Shown piece after piece: positions 26,501 through 37,900 of a DNA stretch of 64,000 bases. The position numbers and the translations under genes were made by a program. Each line of letters starts with the position of its first letter. Positions within the stretch are counted from its first letter, which is position 1. Origin of the DNA: Tubiluchus corallicola (lineage: Eukaryota; Animalia; Priapulida); assembly GCA_030141605.1 (NCBI GenBank), contig JAQGDQ010000029.1, forward strand, positions 992,001 through 1,056,000, read 5' to 3'. The notes beneath the pieces were generated by a model that worked only from the letters and a program-made list of their open reading frames with translations, had not been told where the DNA came from and ran no database searches.

Positions 26501-28689
26501 ACATCCTCTGTGTCAACGGGCAGCATAAATTCTGTGGATGAGTGCAACAGTAATCATTGTAACAACCTGGAGGACTCTGACACTGGAATGGTATAATCAT
26601 TCACTTTAATGACACCTTTTTGTCTTTAAACAGCTTGTCTTGTTCTTTTAGCTTATAGATATTTTATTGTTTTAGCAGTAAATATCAAAACAGTGAAATT
26701 TGAAAAAAGTTTATTTGAACTTGCGCTTCTCAGAACGTAAGCATTCACTGAGCAATCATTTCAGCTGTAGCTTACTTGCTTGTATATCTGATATCTTGCT
26801 ACATGCTTTTATTTTAGGAAAGCATGTCTTCTGCAGAAACACCAAACAAACGGATGTCTATGTCTTGCAGTTTTTGTATGGAAGAAGGTGGCTGTACCAT
26901 GGCATATGAAACTGACGGTATGCTTCATTTTATAATGATGTAGCTTAGGTTTTGTTTCAAGTACTTAATATTTTGCTAAAGTACAAATCAACATATGGTA
27001 ATACAGATCAATTTGTTATGTCAAAGTGTTGCTGGTAGTAAAAAAATTATTATATCAAGGTATTATTGAGACTACAGAAAATCTATCACATCTTCAAAAT
27101 GTAGTATATAAGTTTTATGCGTCTCACACAGTCTACGATCTACGAGGGTATGATCTGAGCAGCCCTTAGAGAACTCAAGGTCCTCCAACAGATCTCGCAA
27201 TGGCTCGATCAATAATTGTGTGCTTGCAAACCAAAACCGTCCATAAGTAAGCATAGTTAAAACTACGTTATGATGCTTCAAATGAGAATGCACTAAAAAT
27301 TTGGTAAAATGTCAATTTTTCGTTTTTTATAAAATCAAATGCTACATATATTGGACTTTTATATTCTAGCATCAAATTATCAAAAAAATGTTCAAAAAAT
27401 ACTAAAAATTTAATTTTATAACCCAATTTTCTGTCTGGAAACTAGCACTGCAATTGTAAAAAACTCTTATTGCCAAACTCCGATATTAGCTCCTGGAAGC
27501 AATCATTTTGCTTTGGGTTTTTTCGCTTAACAAGCCCAGATCTTCATCAGGTAGAGCTATAAACTGAACTGCAATGCACTTTTGTAAAGTCCTAGCAACC
27601 ACACTTTCGTCCGGTTGCTTTGTAGCCACATGACAAAAAACAATAGCTAACTAACAACAATTTTCTCAAGATTACGTTTTTCAGTTGTTTTTTTTTCATC
27701 TTAACGTCTTCTCCGGGGGCTTTTACTATGGTTTTCTGCTATTTCAGACGATATTTTGATGTAATAAAATGTTCTATACTATTACTCGTTGTTTTTATAT
27801 CTCCTAAGAATAGGTTATGTACCAATCAGTGTATAATCTTTGAAGATGTTTATGTAATTTACTATGTTGTGTATATTAAACGTAGAACAAAATTTAGAAC
27901 TGTATGGCAGGTTAGAGACTTATATATCATTTTTATCTAGGCCTTAAAAAAATAAACAATTTACACTTTTTTGCTTATTGCAAATGACTGATTTGAAAAC
28001 AATTATAATCACTTATTTGTACTAAATTTAAATTTTGTTTAAACTATAAAAAAACTTTTCGTAATAAAAGATTTTTTATTCTACTCTACGTATCCTATGC
28101 AATAATTGTTTTGGTTTGGTTTGTCTTTTGGTTTATAATAATATGCTTTTATTATTTCACATTACTTCAATATATACTAACAATAAGTGCATAATAAATA
28201 AATATTTTTTACAGAAACTCTTTACCGACAGCTAGAGGCAAATAAACAAGAGGTTAACAAATTAAAATGTGACAAACTCGACTTAATTCGCCAGAATGTG
28301 GTGAGTTTAAAAAGTGATTGCAGTTTTACATTTAAGTTTAATTCAGCATTAGCTGTTGTTTTTGCAATTGACTTTATCAGTTGTGTTATGTTTTAATCTG
28401 ATGTTAATTCTCAGAGAAATTAAGAATGTGTATGTAAAAATTATTCAGATCCAAGTAGTTTATAATAGATTAAAGTGCACGTAAATTTCCTTGGAATAAC
28501 ATTTTGTTCTAATAATTTTTAGTCTGAATGAAAATTTACATTTGTTTATAGGCTTGTCAACGAGACATAAAAAAGCTAAAGGAAAGGGAATCTAAACTCG
28601 CGACTGACATTGAAACCCTACAAATGGAAATAGGGCAGTTGCGCTCAATATTACGGGATCGGGAGTCTCGCGTCATTGCGACTGTATAG
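8458..28689 (+). CDS. RAP1GAP: Rap1 GTPase-activating protein (Rap1GAP family), multi-exon gene
   Basis: Phase-consistent GT-AG exons: 8458-8588 (candidate first), 9274-9367, 16260-16346 and/or 18546-18632, 19917-20180, 21540-21643, 21995-22127, 22377-22561, 23386-23515, 24084-24239, 24489-24647, 25078-25338, 25478-25590, 25831-25950, 26476-26590, 26818-26917, 28215-28300, 28552-28689 (~791 aa with one GoLoco exon). Family motifs: [66 protein letters not shown] (Asn thumb), LLTKLINAE, plus a C-terminal coiled coil. The 5' end is less certain than the core. Confidence 0.93.
9274..9367 (+). CDS. RAP1GAP: Rap1GAP exon ([31 protein letters not shown])
   Basis: ttttttaattacag acceptor and CAG|gtaaag donor; open frame with an internal ATG at 9284; phase-0 end fits the GoLoco exons. 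Confidence 0.75.
15921..16000. repeat. Compound trinucleotide microsatellite (AAC/GGC/AGC/AAT)
   Basis: aacaacaacggcgacaccggcggcggcaatggcagtagcaacagcaacaacaacaattataataattacagcagcagca. Confidence 0.6.
16260..16346 (+). CDS. RAP1GAP: Rap1GAP GoLoco exon A ([29 protein letters not shown])
   Basis: gttgcag acceptor and CAG|gtaagt donor; 87 nt, phase 0-0; canonical 19-aa GoLoco motif ending in DEQR. Confidence 0.9.
18546..18632 (+). CDS. RAP1GAP: Rap1GAP GoLoco exon B ([29 protein letters not shown])
   Basis: Long polypyrimidine tract + ctcag acceptor, CTG|gtactt donor; 87 nt, phase 0-0; second GoLoco motif with Q..RLDEQR. Confidence 0.8.
19917..20180 (+). CDS. RAP1GAP: Rap1GAP exon ([15 protein letters not shown]...[11 protein letters not shown])
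   Basis: tagcag tandem acceptor and AAA|gtaagt donor; start of the dimerization domain. Confidence 0.92.
21540..21643 (+). CDS. RAP1GAP: Rap1GAP exon ([20 protein letters not shown]...)
   Basis: ttccag acceptor, AG|gtatat donor; conserved EHxNF...GPVVLSVK. Confidence 0.92.
21995..22127 (+). CDS. RAP1GAP: Rap1GAP exon ([10 protein letters not shown]...FSPVLFPK)
   Basis: tttcag acceptor, gtaagt donor; phase-consistent. Confidence 0.92.
22377..22561 (+). CDS. RAP1GAP: Rap1GAP exon ([30 protein letters not shown]...)
   Basis: Start of the Rap-GAP catalytic domain; tttcag acceptor, gtaatc donor. Confidence 0.95.
23386..23515 (+). CDS. RAP1GAP: Rap1GAP exon ([13 protein letters not shown]...[12 protein letters not shown]...)
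   Basis: Conserved Rap-GAP motifs; tacag acceptor, gtaagt donor. Confidence 0.95.
24084..24239 (+). CDS. RAP1GAP: Rap1GAP catalytic exon ([12 protein letters not shown]...)
   Basis: Catalytic helix KRHIGND is intact; tgcag acceptor, gtatga donor. Confidence 0.96.
24489..24647 (+). CDS. RAP1GAP: Rap1GAP exon ([14 protein letters not shown]...LLTKLINAE...)
   Basis: Conserved Rap-GAP C-terminal half; tgtag acceptor, gtaaga donor. Confidence 0.95.
25078..25338 (+). CDS. RAP1GAP: Rap1GAP exon ([11 protein letters not shown]...)
   Basis: tttag acceptor, gtacgt donor; 87 codons; conserved ERTR. Confidence 0.9.
25478..25590 (+). CDS. RAP1GAP: Rap1GAP Ser-rich tail exon
   Basis: tttcag acceptor, gtgagt donor; open and phase-consistent. 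Confidence 0.8.
25831..25950 (+). CDS. RAP1GAP: Rap1GAP Ser/Pro-rich tail exon ([12 protein letters not shown])
   Basis: ttgcag acceptor, gtaaaa donor; phase 2-2. Confidence 0.82.
26476..26590 (+). CDS. RAP1GAP: Rap1GAP tail exon (...EDSDTGM)
   Basis: cagcag tandem acceptor, gtataa donor; DSDTGM joins ESMSS of the next exon. Confidence 0.85.
26818..26917 (+). CDS. RAP1GAP: Rap1GAP tail exon ([20 protein letters not shown]...)
   Basis: tttag acceptor, gtatgc donor; phase-consistent. Confidence 0.85.
28215..28300 (+). CDS. RAP1GAP: Rap1GAP coiled-coil exon ([18 protein letters not shown])
   Basis: tacag acceptor, gtgagt donor; heptad pattern. Confidence 0.88.
28552..28689 (+). CDS. RAP1GAP: Rap1GAP last coding exon ([13 protein letters not shown]...RVIATV*)
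   Basis: ttatag acceptor; coiled coil continues to TAG at 28687-28689. Confidence 0.88.
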   Translation, partial: ACQRDIKKLKERESKLATDIETLQMEIGQLRSILRDRESRVIATV

Positions 28690-29711
28690 TGCTAGGTGAC
28701 ACTAGTGTTCACAACACGACAGAACATTGGTCTTAGACTGTGCATGTGTTGTGAAATTTTGACCCTTGTGACTAACTTTGTCAGAACTTTTATCACTTGT
28801 GAAACAGTGTGTAAGCTAACAGTAAGTGTCATCAAGTATTTTGTGAAAATCTTAAAAGAGTTTTACAATGAAGAAGCAATTGTATCGTTAATTACGAGGT
28901 TAATTGGCAGGCACATCATTGTGGCCAGTGTTACTACAGGACCACATAAGCAGCAAAACAACAAAATGACGTGCTCTTTTACCGAGTGACAATCAGTGAT
29001 TATACAGTGTTTATACCAAGAACAGGTCGCAAACCAGTGTATTGTTGGCTAAGAAAGTTTCATTCGTGAATCGTGTATTTATTTTTTTTTTGTAATGTAA
29101 ATGTTTGCACATACTGGATACTTACATATAAATACGTAGCGATATAAACTAGCAGAAATGGTTCTATACGTGTTAATCGTTGAAAATTGTACATTGAATT
29201 TTGTATGAAATTTGTGGTTTTATTATTTTTTTAACAAACATTTAACATTGCGAACAGTAGTATTGTATTAAAATGGCAGACTACATAGTGTTAAAATAGT
29301 TTATTTATGTTCCAGTAGACAGGCATGTGAAATTGTTACAGAAATGATCAGGCTATAATCTTAGCTACTATTTTCATTAATTTTTTTTGCTGGATTGAAA
29401 GTTACTAGAGTTTTCTTTAAAATTGAATGTATTAACATCTAAGCATTAATGCTGCATTGCTTAAAAATTGTCTTGAATTACCATATTGTTTATACCATTC
29501 TGATCTCTCTTCTCCTTGTCTATATTCGTTGCAGCTAGTTGTAGCATTGTATAAATCATTTACAATTTGATACTTATTGTAAAAAAGACGAAACTGTCCA
29601 CGTTACTTAAATACTTATTTAAAGGTGTTACAATAAAAGTGGCTATTAAGAAAGAATGCTGTTGGCTTAATTACATAACCTGTCCAAAAGTAATACGAAA
29701 AATCAAACTAT

Positions 29712-30066
29712 CACTTTGTTTAAAATCGTTAAATACATCTCATTTAGGATCGTTTAGGTAACAATTCACTAGACCAACTGTACAGTTTACGTATGTAAAA
29801 ATATTACAAAGACAAAAGTGGTAGGCACTACTCGAGTATTAACACAAACAGTTGTTTCAAGAACGTGCACACAAGTTTTCAGCAAACTGTAACACTTAGT
29901 TTAAAATCGTTAAATATATTTCATTTATAATTATTTTAGGAAGCAATTCACTAGAACAAGTGCACAATGTACATATGTAAAAATATTGCAAAGACAAAAG
30001 TGGTTGGCATTGCTCAAGTATTAACTCACATTCAGTCGTTTCAAGAACACGCACAAGTTTTTGGCA
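29712..30066. repeat. ~181-bp degenerate tandem duplication between the convergent 3' ends
   Basis: CACTT.GTTTAAAATCGTTAAATA...CAATTCACTAGA...TATGTAAAAATATT.CAAAGACAAAAGTGGT...GTTTCAAGAAC occurs at ~29712 and ~29893. Confidence 0.85.
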
Positions 30067-31728
30067 GAAGACCAAATTGTCTGCATGTGTTATTACTGCC
30101 ACATGTTTGCATATAAATGTGCCGCACGTGCAATCTGACAATATCATAAAAATGCTACATTCCAAATTATTTACAACAAACTTAGTTTAATTAAAATATC
30201 ATGCTGAGTAAGATATGCTCTTATACATAATTTTATAAAATCTTATTACTGCCATTGCACTTTAACTAAATAACCTAATTCAAAAGTTCAAGTGAAGTTT
30301 AGGAAAGATGCATAATGAAGGAAACGTTAAATGATTGGTAATGTGATAGTCCAATTTTAAAGAAAACAAGAACGGAAAATTTACTAAGTATTTCTTCAAT
30401 TAATTTATGCCACACAAACAGGATTGATAAATTCATGAAAACTGCACAAAGTTATAAGCATTATCGTTTCAAATACAGATGGTCCGAATTACAAAACTAT
30501 TTTTATACCGTGAGAAAGCTCCAAACTTTTTGCTTAACAACCTATATGCGTTTAACTGTAGTAAAACCTAAAGAAATTTTACATAGAAAAAAATAGGTTA
30601 CAACAAACAGTTCTGTGCCATCACATCAAATTATTTAATCAACCATTGTGGATAAAGAATTTGTAGCAAACATTGACAAAACTGTGTTAAGTGTTAATAT
30701 CTTATATTGGATAAATTAGGCAATGAGCAAGCTACCAGTTTTAATACTACAGTACTTATTTAAAATTTTATGACAGGTGCAAGATTAAAAAATGACAATT
30801 GTAGGGACCGTACCGCAGTAGTAACGCTTAATTGCGTTATTTACATTCTATCTAATTTTTGTTTCAAACTAACACGTTTCCTGCTTACTAACTGCCTGCA
30901 TTTTTTTATAGCTGGAACACAATTTACGCTATCCCAATAAACATCTACAAAAAAATTGACTAGTACACACGCAAATGCTGCTATATGCAGGTGAAAAACA
31001 CAGGTTTAGATCAGATATTAGCACATATGTGCAATATACCGTGCCAATATGTGCACCTGCAATGGCTACAAATGTGTAAAACAATTATGCCTTACTAATT
31101 TTTGTGAAAATTGTCAATCAGCCTATGTTCACTGTTATGGCTGGACATGTACCTTAATTTTATTGCTTAACAGCCATATAGAAAAATCACCATGTAACTG
31201 GAAAGCGTCTGACTTGCTAAAAAACATGGCAAAACTTGTTAGTAAAACTAATGCACATTGTGTATGAACATCATAAGTGCCTACTCATCATCAAAAACCT
31301 ACATTATCATGCAATGTCAAGACTGTAAGTAGCATTCAGCCAACAAAACTTTTAGGTGAGTTGGTGGACCACTAAGCTGTTCTGCACATTGTATAATGTT
31401 TAATGAACTACAAGTATACTTGTAGTAGGTGGGTGAAATAACAGTATACTTGCAGTTTGCAGGAAATGTATGAATGAGTGGATGGCAAATATGTACCTAA
31501 TTGAGCCTGATTATATTACTCAGAAAGGTATTGCTTACCAGACTTTTAAAACTTGAATTGTTGGACAATTGGCAACAATGTACTCACAGAAGATGCAGAA
31601 ATGCTTCAGCACATCTAGCCAAGCTAGCTGGCATAGATGGAGAAACGTTCAACTTTCAGTAACTTGCGAAGTTCAAAGACATCACATTAACAAACTGAGA
31701 TGGGTCTAAATAACCGGGCATTTTGCAC

Positions 31729-31939
31729 TCAGTTGTCTACATTGTTGTCAGACTCATTAAAGCTAGAATTCCGCGACAGCAAAGGTGAGATATTATTGAC
31801 ACTGCCGATGCCTATGAATGGCTTTTGACGATGTCGCACGTTCCAATGCATGCACGTGCTGAGACAGTGAAACCAGTCACTTATTTGATCCTCACGGCAA
31901 ATGCAAGGCACTGGATAAATTGCAGTAGTGATTCGTAAC
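31729..31939 (-). CDS. NADK: NADK last coding exon ([11 protein letters not shown]...DWF...HWNVR...*)
   Basis: tgtag acceptor; conserved DWF and HWNVR; TGA at 31731-31729. Confidence 0.94.
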
Positions 31940-34900
31940 CTACAGCATAAAAATAGCACCATTACTAAATCATTAGACCAGAGTTTATACATTCACTGTT
32001 TTCATTCAGATTTCTGATGCTGAAACAAATCACAACAGCCACGGAGAAAAATAGCCATTTTTAGACATGCGGAGATTTAGTAGATGAAACACACTTAGTT
32101 ATGAAATGTCCACATTACCAGGATGACAGATTAATATTGCAAATTTGATCTTTGTATACAAGAGTAGCCAAGAATGTCACTTGCAAATTTATTTTAGTTT
32201 ATCTGGAATCATCCATTCATATTAAAAATCGTTTATTGTTTATGTAAAACCCAGATACATTTACATAAAAAGTTAATAATACTCTTTTACATATGTAACA
32301 TTGATGTGACATTCATCTTTATCGCCTATATGAATTAATTGTTATTTGTTCTGTGCACTCAAGCACCATATTTCGTATGTGACTATTGTTAAAATCTACT
32401 GCAAGTGCTCTGTAGATACTACGGAACTACGCAAAGGCTGTTGGGAAACAGCTGATACACTTTCTTACAATTTTTGCCTTCATGGTAATCTAGTCATCAA
32501 ACAGTCTCTTTAAGGAATTCCAAATATTGTAGTATTGAAGCCCTTTTTTGATAACAAATCTTTATCAGTCCTTTATCTTTTGTGGTGAAGACTATGACGT
32601 AAACTGATTGATTTCTTTATTGTTTTGCTGCCACAGATTTTGACCAAAAATTAAAAAAAACACTAAAGCTATAAACTCTAAAAACCACTAAAGTTAAAAG
32701 GAAGTGTACTGTAATGCCATATTGAGAAATTTCAACTTTTGTACGACACTTGCTTTTAATATCATTGTAGTCTAAACTTCGGAAAAAATTTTCTGTGCTA
32801 CCCGCCATATAAAACACTGTAGTCTTTTCTAGTTTTAGGCTGATGCATCAAGAATACTTGGTTTTCAGTGGCTATATTAAAAACTCACAACAACTCGTCA
32901 CATTTTTGTTTCTCAGGTACTTACACGTCACCTTGCCTTAGTTCTCGACGGTTTCTGCCATCAAAAGAAACCCAAGCCGATTGCCTTCCTTCAGGTGATA
33001 CCATAATCTGAAATTTCATTTAAGTTACATAGCTTAAAATATCTGTCATCATAAAAGAACAATTTTTGTGTTGTTACATTATACCATAGTTTCTATTACA
33101 GTGCACAAAACTATGATAGCTCTTATTTTAATAACAATGCTGTAACTAGGAAACAGGCTCAACGTAGGCTTCTACGGCTTTCAGGCTAAAATTTCGTACT
33201 GCAAACTGCCAACACAACTGATGAAAAAAATGGAAAAGAGGAGACACTGGATGAATAGAACACGTTCTGTACAATCATGCCTCTACCGAAGATCCTGCAA
33301 AACAGTTACTATTTTGTTTACTTATTCCTTAATGAATCCTTGCTTATTGATACCCAAAGAAAACTTCCATTTCTCAGTCAACCAACAACAAATTCCGACC
33401 ACGTCATCTTTAGTTAAAGGTCCATCTTTAAAATAAGTATCATTAAAGCCTGCCATCAAATTGACGAACTTGATGATACATCTTATCAGCATCGTAGGTT
33501 TAATTCCTCCACAGAAGCAATAGTTAATCAATAATATTAAATAATTTAAAGTTTAAACATCAAATAAGTATGTTATCATGCTGACATGGAAGACTATGAC
33601 CACACATATGACGTGTTAACACATTGTAATAATTTAAGTTTACAACAAAACTATTAGCTATTTCTATTCTTTACAATCATACCTTCACTTCCACTCCAGC
33701 TGGTACAACAATTGGCCTAAATGACAAAGAATGTGGACAAATGGGTGTTATCATAATAGCCGGTACACTAGGGTGTACCATTGAGGCACCGGCTGCAACC
33801 GCATAAGCAGTACTGCCTGTTGGAGTGGATATAATTAAACCTGCAAAATCAAAATAGGCCTATTATATATTACCCTCATTGATATCATGTTCCAAATGAT
33901 CATCAGTAACACAGAGTAAAAACTGTTCTATACTTTCATACTGCTACATGTACAAAAAATTTATAAGGCTGAAAGCCCTAACCAAGCAAAAGGAATCGAA
34001 TTACAGGAATAGCAACAAGTTCTCAAAATCATGTATAGTTTCAGTTTACATATGAAAATCTTACATATTCACTTACGAATGCCTTGCACTTTTAATTATG
34101 AATGCCTCATGTAAATAGACATTGCCACAAAAATGAACAAAACATCTGCAGACGGTTATTTTAAGATGCGAAAATGGTCTTTAATATGAGGTACTTACCA
34201 TCACCTTGGACGGATGTAATGTATTGACCTTCTATATACAAATCAATGTTGGACAGGTAAGGGCTTGGTCCTCTATCAACCACTATCTCATTTAGAATCT
34301 TAAAAGACAGAAATAATGCATCAGAACGTAGCATCATCAATTGGAAGCAAGCCTAAGATCAAGAAAGAGTGTGGCCAAAATTTAGATGGCTACTTTTTTG
34401 GATCTGGAGTCTTACAGAGAAAGTGTTGCAAAAAACAGCAAGAAGTACTTCTGCAATATATATTATTTGCTATTTAATTGGGTAGGCTTTATAATCCAGT
34501 TTTTTTCCTGGCTTTGCTATTAAAACAGCCAAATGGATAATTGCTTACCATGAAAGAACTTTGCTTCGAGTGGTCCAACTCTTTCACTGGTATTCGAGAA
34601 ACATCGGAACCTGCCTTGCTAATGGCACACTTTAATCGACTACGTAGCAACAACTTTGTGTTTCCTGGAACAAGGTGTCTGCATTTGTCAACATAACAGT
34701 CAAAGCTCCAAAATTGGTAATTCGCATAAAATGAGGCAAGAGATTAAATTCTGAGTAAAGAAAGCAATCAAACTACACTGGGTTTTTAGGAACGCATTAG
34801 GTGTCTAAAGACAAGTGCTAAAATATTCAAAAAATACTTTTATGTGATTAATGAAATAGGATTATCGAAACTTGAAATAAACTTCACCAAAAGGAGGGAA

Positions 34901-37900
34901 GCATGAAAATTGGAATCGAACCTGAATTTAAACCAAGGAACAATGATCATTAGACTGCATAATAATTCAAAATTTTAAAACTATGCCTTTGTTCAGGCAT
35001 TAAACAACAATCTTAGAATTAGGAGCATAAATAATTTTAATACTCGAGTGGATTTTTATTTACGTTTAATCCATACCTTGAAGAACAGCTTCAATTGTAT
35101 TTCTGTATGTTTCAGCATCTCCAACTTCAAATGGTGTAAGAAAACCTAAAGATCCTAAATGGAATGCTAAAACTGGTGGTACGCTTCGCTGAAAAAAATT
35201 ATAATTAGTAAAACCAAAGGCAATTAGTGTTTTATATATAACCAATAAATTAGTTAATTAAGGTATTTTTATGACCTCATCAATGCTCTGAACTTGGAAA
35301 TTTCAATTTTATATTTGGTTTGTATAACTGACTTCACACCTGCTAGAATCTCTACAAAAATAACTGTCATATTTCAAGATGATGTTATAAAAAGGCCCTT
35401 TTGGAATCGCTAATGTTTTTCTTTCGTACCTAACATTGCCTTTTATGGTACAATACTGTTTAACACTTTTCCATTTATTAATGAAATGTTTTAGTTATAT
35501 GTTTTAAGTTTATTTTATTTTTAATATACTATAGCTTAGACATGATTGTTGACTTTTGTATATATTTGCTCAACATTTGTCAACTTTTCATGCTTGTCAA
35601 AATTTTAAGGCATGCAATATACCTGAAATAAAGAAATACTACTACTACTCTGACTACTACGGCTATTGCCACTGGTACAACTACTACTGCGACTGTTGAT
35701 ATCATTTTGAATTTTCTGTGGGCATGGTATTACAAAAAATAATCAGCCTGAATACCTGAAAGAGTGAAGAAGCATATAGCAAAGTACCATCACCACCAAG
35801 ACAAATTATGAAGTCGATTTTATCAGTAAGGTCTTCTTGACCTAGAATAATAATAATTCATAACAATTAAAAAAAAATCAATCATAACATAAACAATATT
35901 ATGTAAATATCAGGACAGTTGCTAGACAAAAATATTTTCAGCAAAAAAGTTAACAAGAATCAAGAGTTATATTAGAATTTCTTGTTTCACTATTACATTG
36001 TCATCCCACAATAATAGTAAACTGGATTTTCATCCAAAAAATACCAAATTTTATGTATGGCAATACCTTCAACAAAAGGACGTAGCCTATTCTGCACTTT
36101 AACAAAGTCAATGTTTCGTTGTAAGTTTTCTTCCTGTAACACTGATGCTTCAACAAACACCACCATCTTCTTTTCCTGAGCAGAAAAATAAATCTTTCAT
36201 CTGATCATTTATTTTAAATTAGTTTGAGGTGTTTTGTATAGAAACTAGTAACCTAGCTACTTCCTGATGAGTATATTATGTGGTCTAGTAAAATTCCTGA
36301 AGGTTAACTAAGGCATCATATTCATCATTTTGTGACAAAAAGTGCCATCAGATGGATGTAAAGCCTAACATATAATATGGACATGTTTTGAAGGGTTCAG
36401 TTCCTCAGCGCACTTATGTCAGTGCCTAGCCAAGTAACTCACTACTAGAAAAAAAAACACCTAGGTCGCAAACATTTTACCAGACATTTTACTCTTAAGC
36501 CAACACATTTATTACAAGCTCACTATTGACATAATGCAACATTTTTTGTTAATTTTACTACATTAGAAATCAACAATAATAAAAGAAAATAGTGACATTA
36601 CAGTAGTGTCTAAAATAAAGGTTAATGCACACTGAGGTAAAGATGGCAAAACATGAAGGCTACACAGGCTGTTTAAAAAGTAAGACGTTTACTAAAAACA
36701 AACACATTGTAAATAAAGAGCAGTGATTGTCAAAAACGGTTAACAACATGTATTTGGCTACGCACTGTCATTTGCACCTAGCTGAGACAAAAAAATGAGA
36801 ATAATAGTAAGAGAAATTCATATTTCAGCACCAATATTAAAAGAAAAGATTATTTCAGAGAGTCTCATGAAGCTAGTTTTTTGGTAAAGCAATTAATGGA
36901 CACCAAAAGAAGGAGACAGTGTGCAAAGTACAAAAATGCAAAACACAAGTAGCACTAAATTCTAAATTAAACAAAGACTAGATGGCAGCACCATCTTATG
37001 CATTTAAATTATAGTGAATTTCTAACAACTTTATTTTTTAAAAGCTTATGAATCAGTTGTTTACATATAAGGGGCAAAAAGTTATTGCTAACTAGTAACT
37101 ATAATTCCCTTTACCAGTATAAGGTAGATGAGGACATCGACAAAATTTGCTATGATGCTGTCATCGTAAATTTTTTTTACCACCAGAACACTGACCGGTG
37201 TTTTGTACCATGTTAGTCGCAAACTTGCAGGATCTTGTATGGACCTGAAGAGAAAATTTAAATGTAATAACTATAAAGCAATTATTTTGATTCCTATAAC
37301 AGCCAAAATATGAAATAAATGGATATAAAAAGGCAGTGGGTGGAGCAGAGCTTCTTAACAATTTGGAGTGAGAAGGCAATGGAGTGGATTAAATAACGAT
37401 GGCTCAGGTGGCAGGCACCTGCCAGTTACCAAACTTACCATTGCCAGAATTGTAGCACTTGTCTGATATTTTGCATATATTTAGTTGCCACACACATGCA
37501 TCTGGCTTGATGTCAATATGTAGGCCTATAGTTTACTTTAAATAATTATGTCTGGTACGTTTGATCTGTATGTCCCAGATAAAAAGCAAAGCTATGCTTT
37601 ACTTATCATAATACTAAACAGTTTGTACTGTCTTGTAAATACATTTGAACATTCTGAACCTATATACGGTGCCTACAACAATCAATATACCAACAGCTAT
37701 GGATGTATGTGATAAGCGTTCTTAGGTTTCAAAAGCGAAATGCGACATATACTTACATGAGACCTGCTGAGTTCTTCAAAGTTCTTGCTTTTGGTCCAAA
37801 GTTGTACACCGGACTTGGTCCTGTTAGGGACCTAGCCCTCCTAAAATCAACAAAAAGCGACAAAGTGTCAGTTAATCAAATGAAAAAAATTATGAAACTC

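Noticed and set aside
28675-28689. Class I PDZ-binding motif at the Rap1GAP C-terminus (IATV)
   Set aside because: Position -2 is Ala rather than Ser/Thr, so it does not fit class I; too weak to report.
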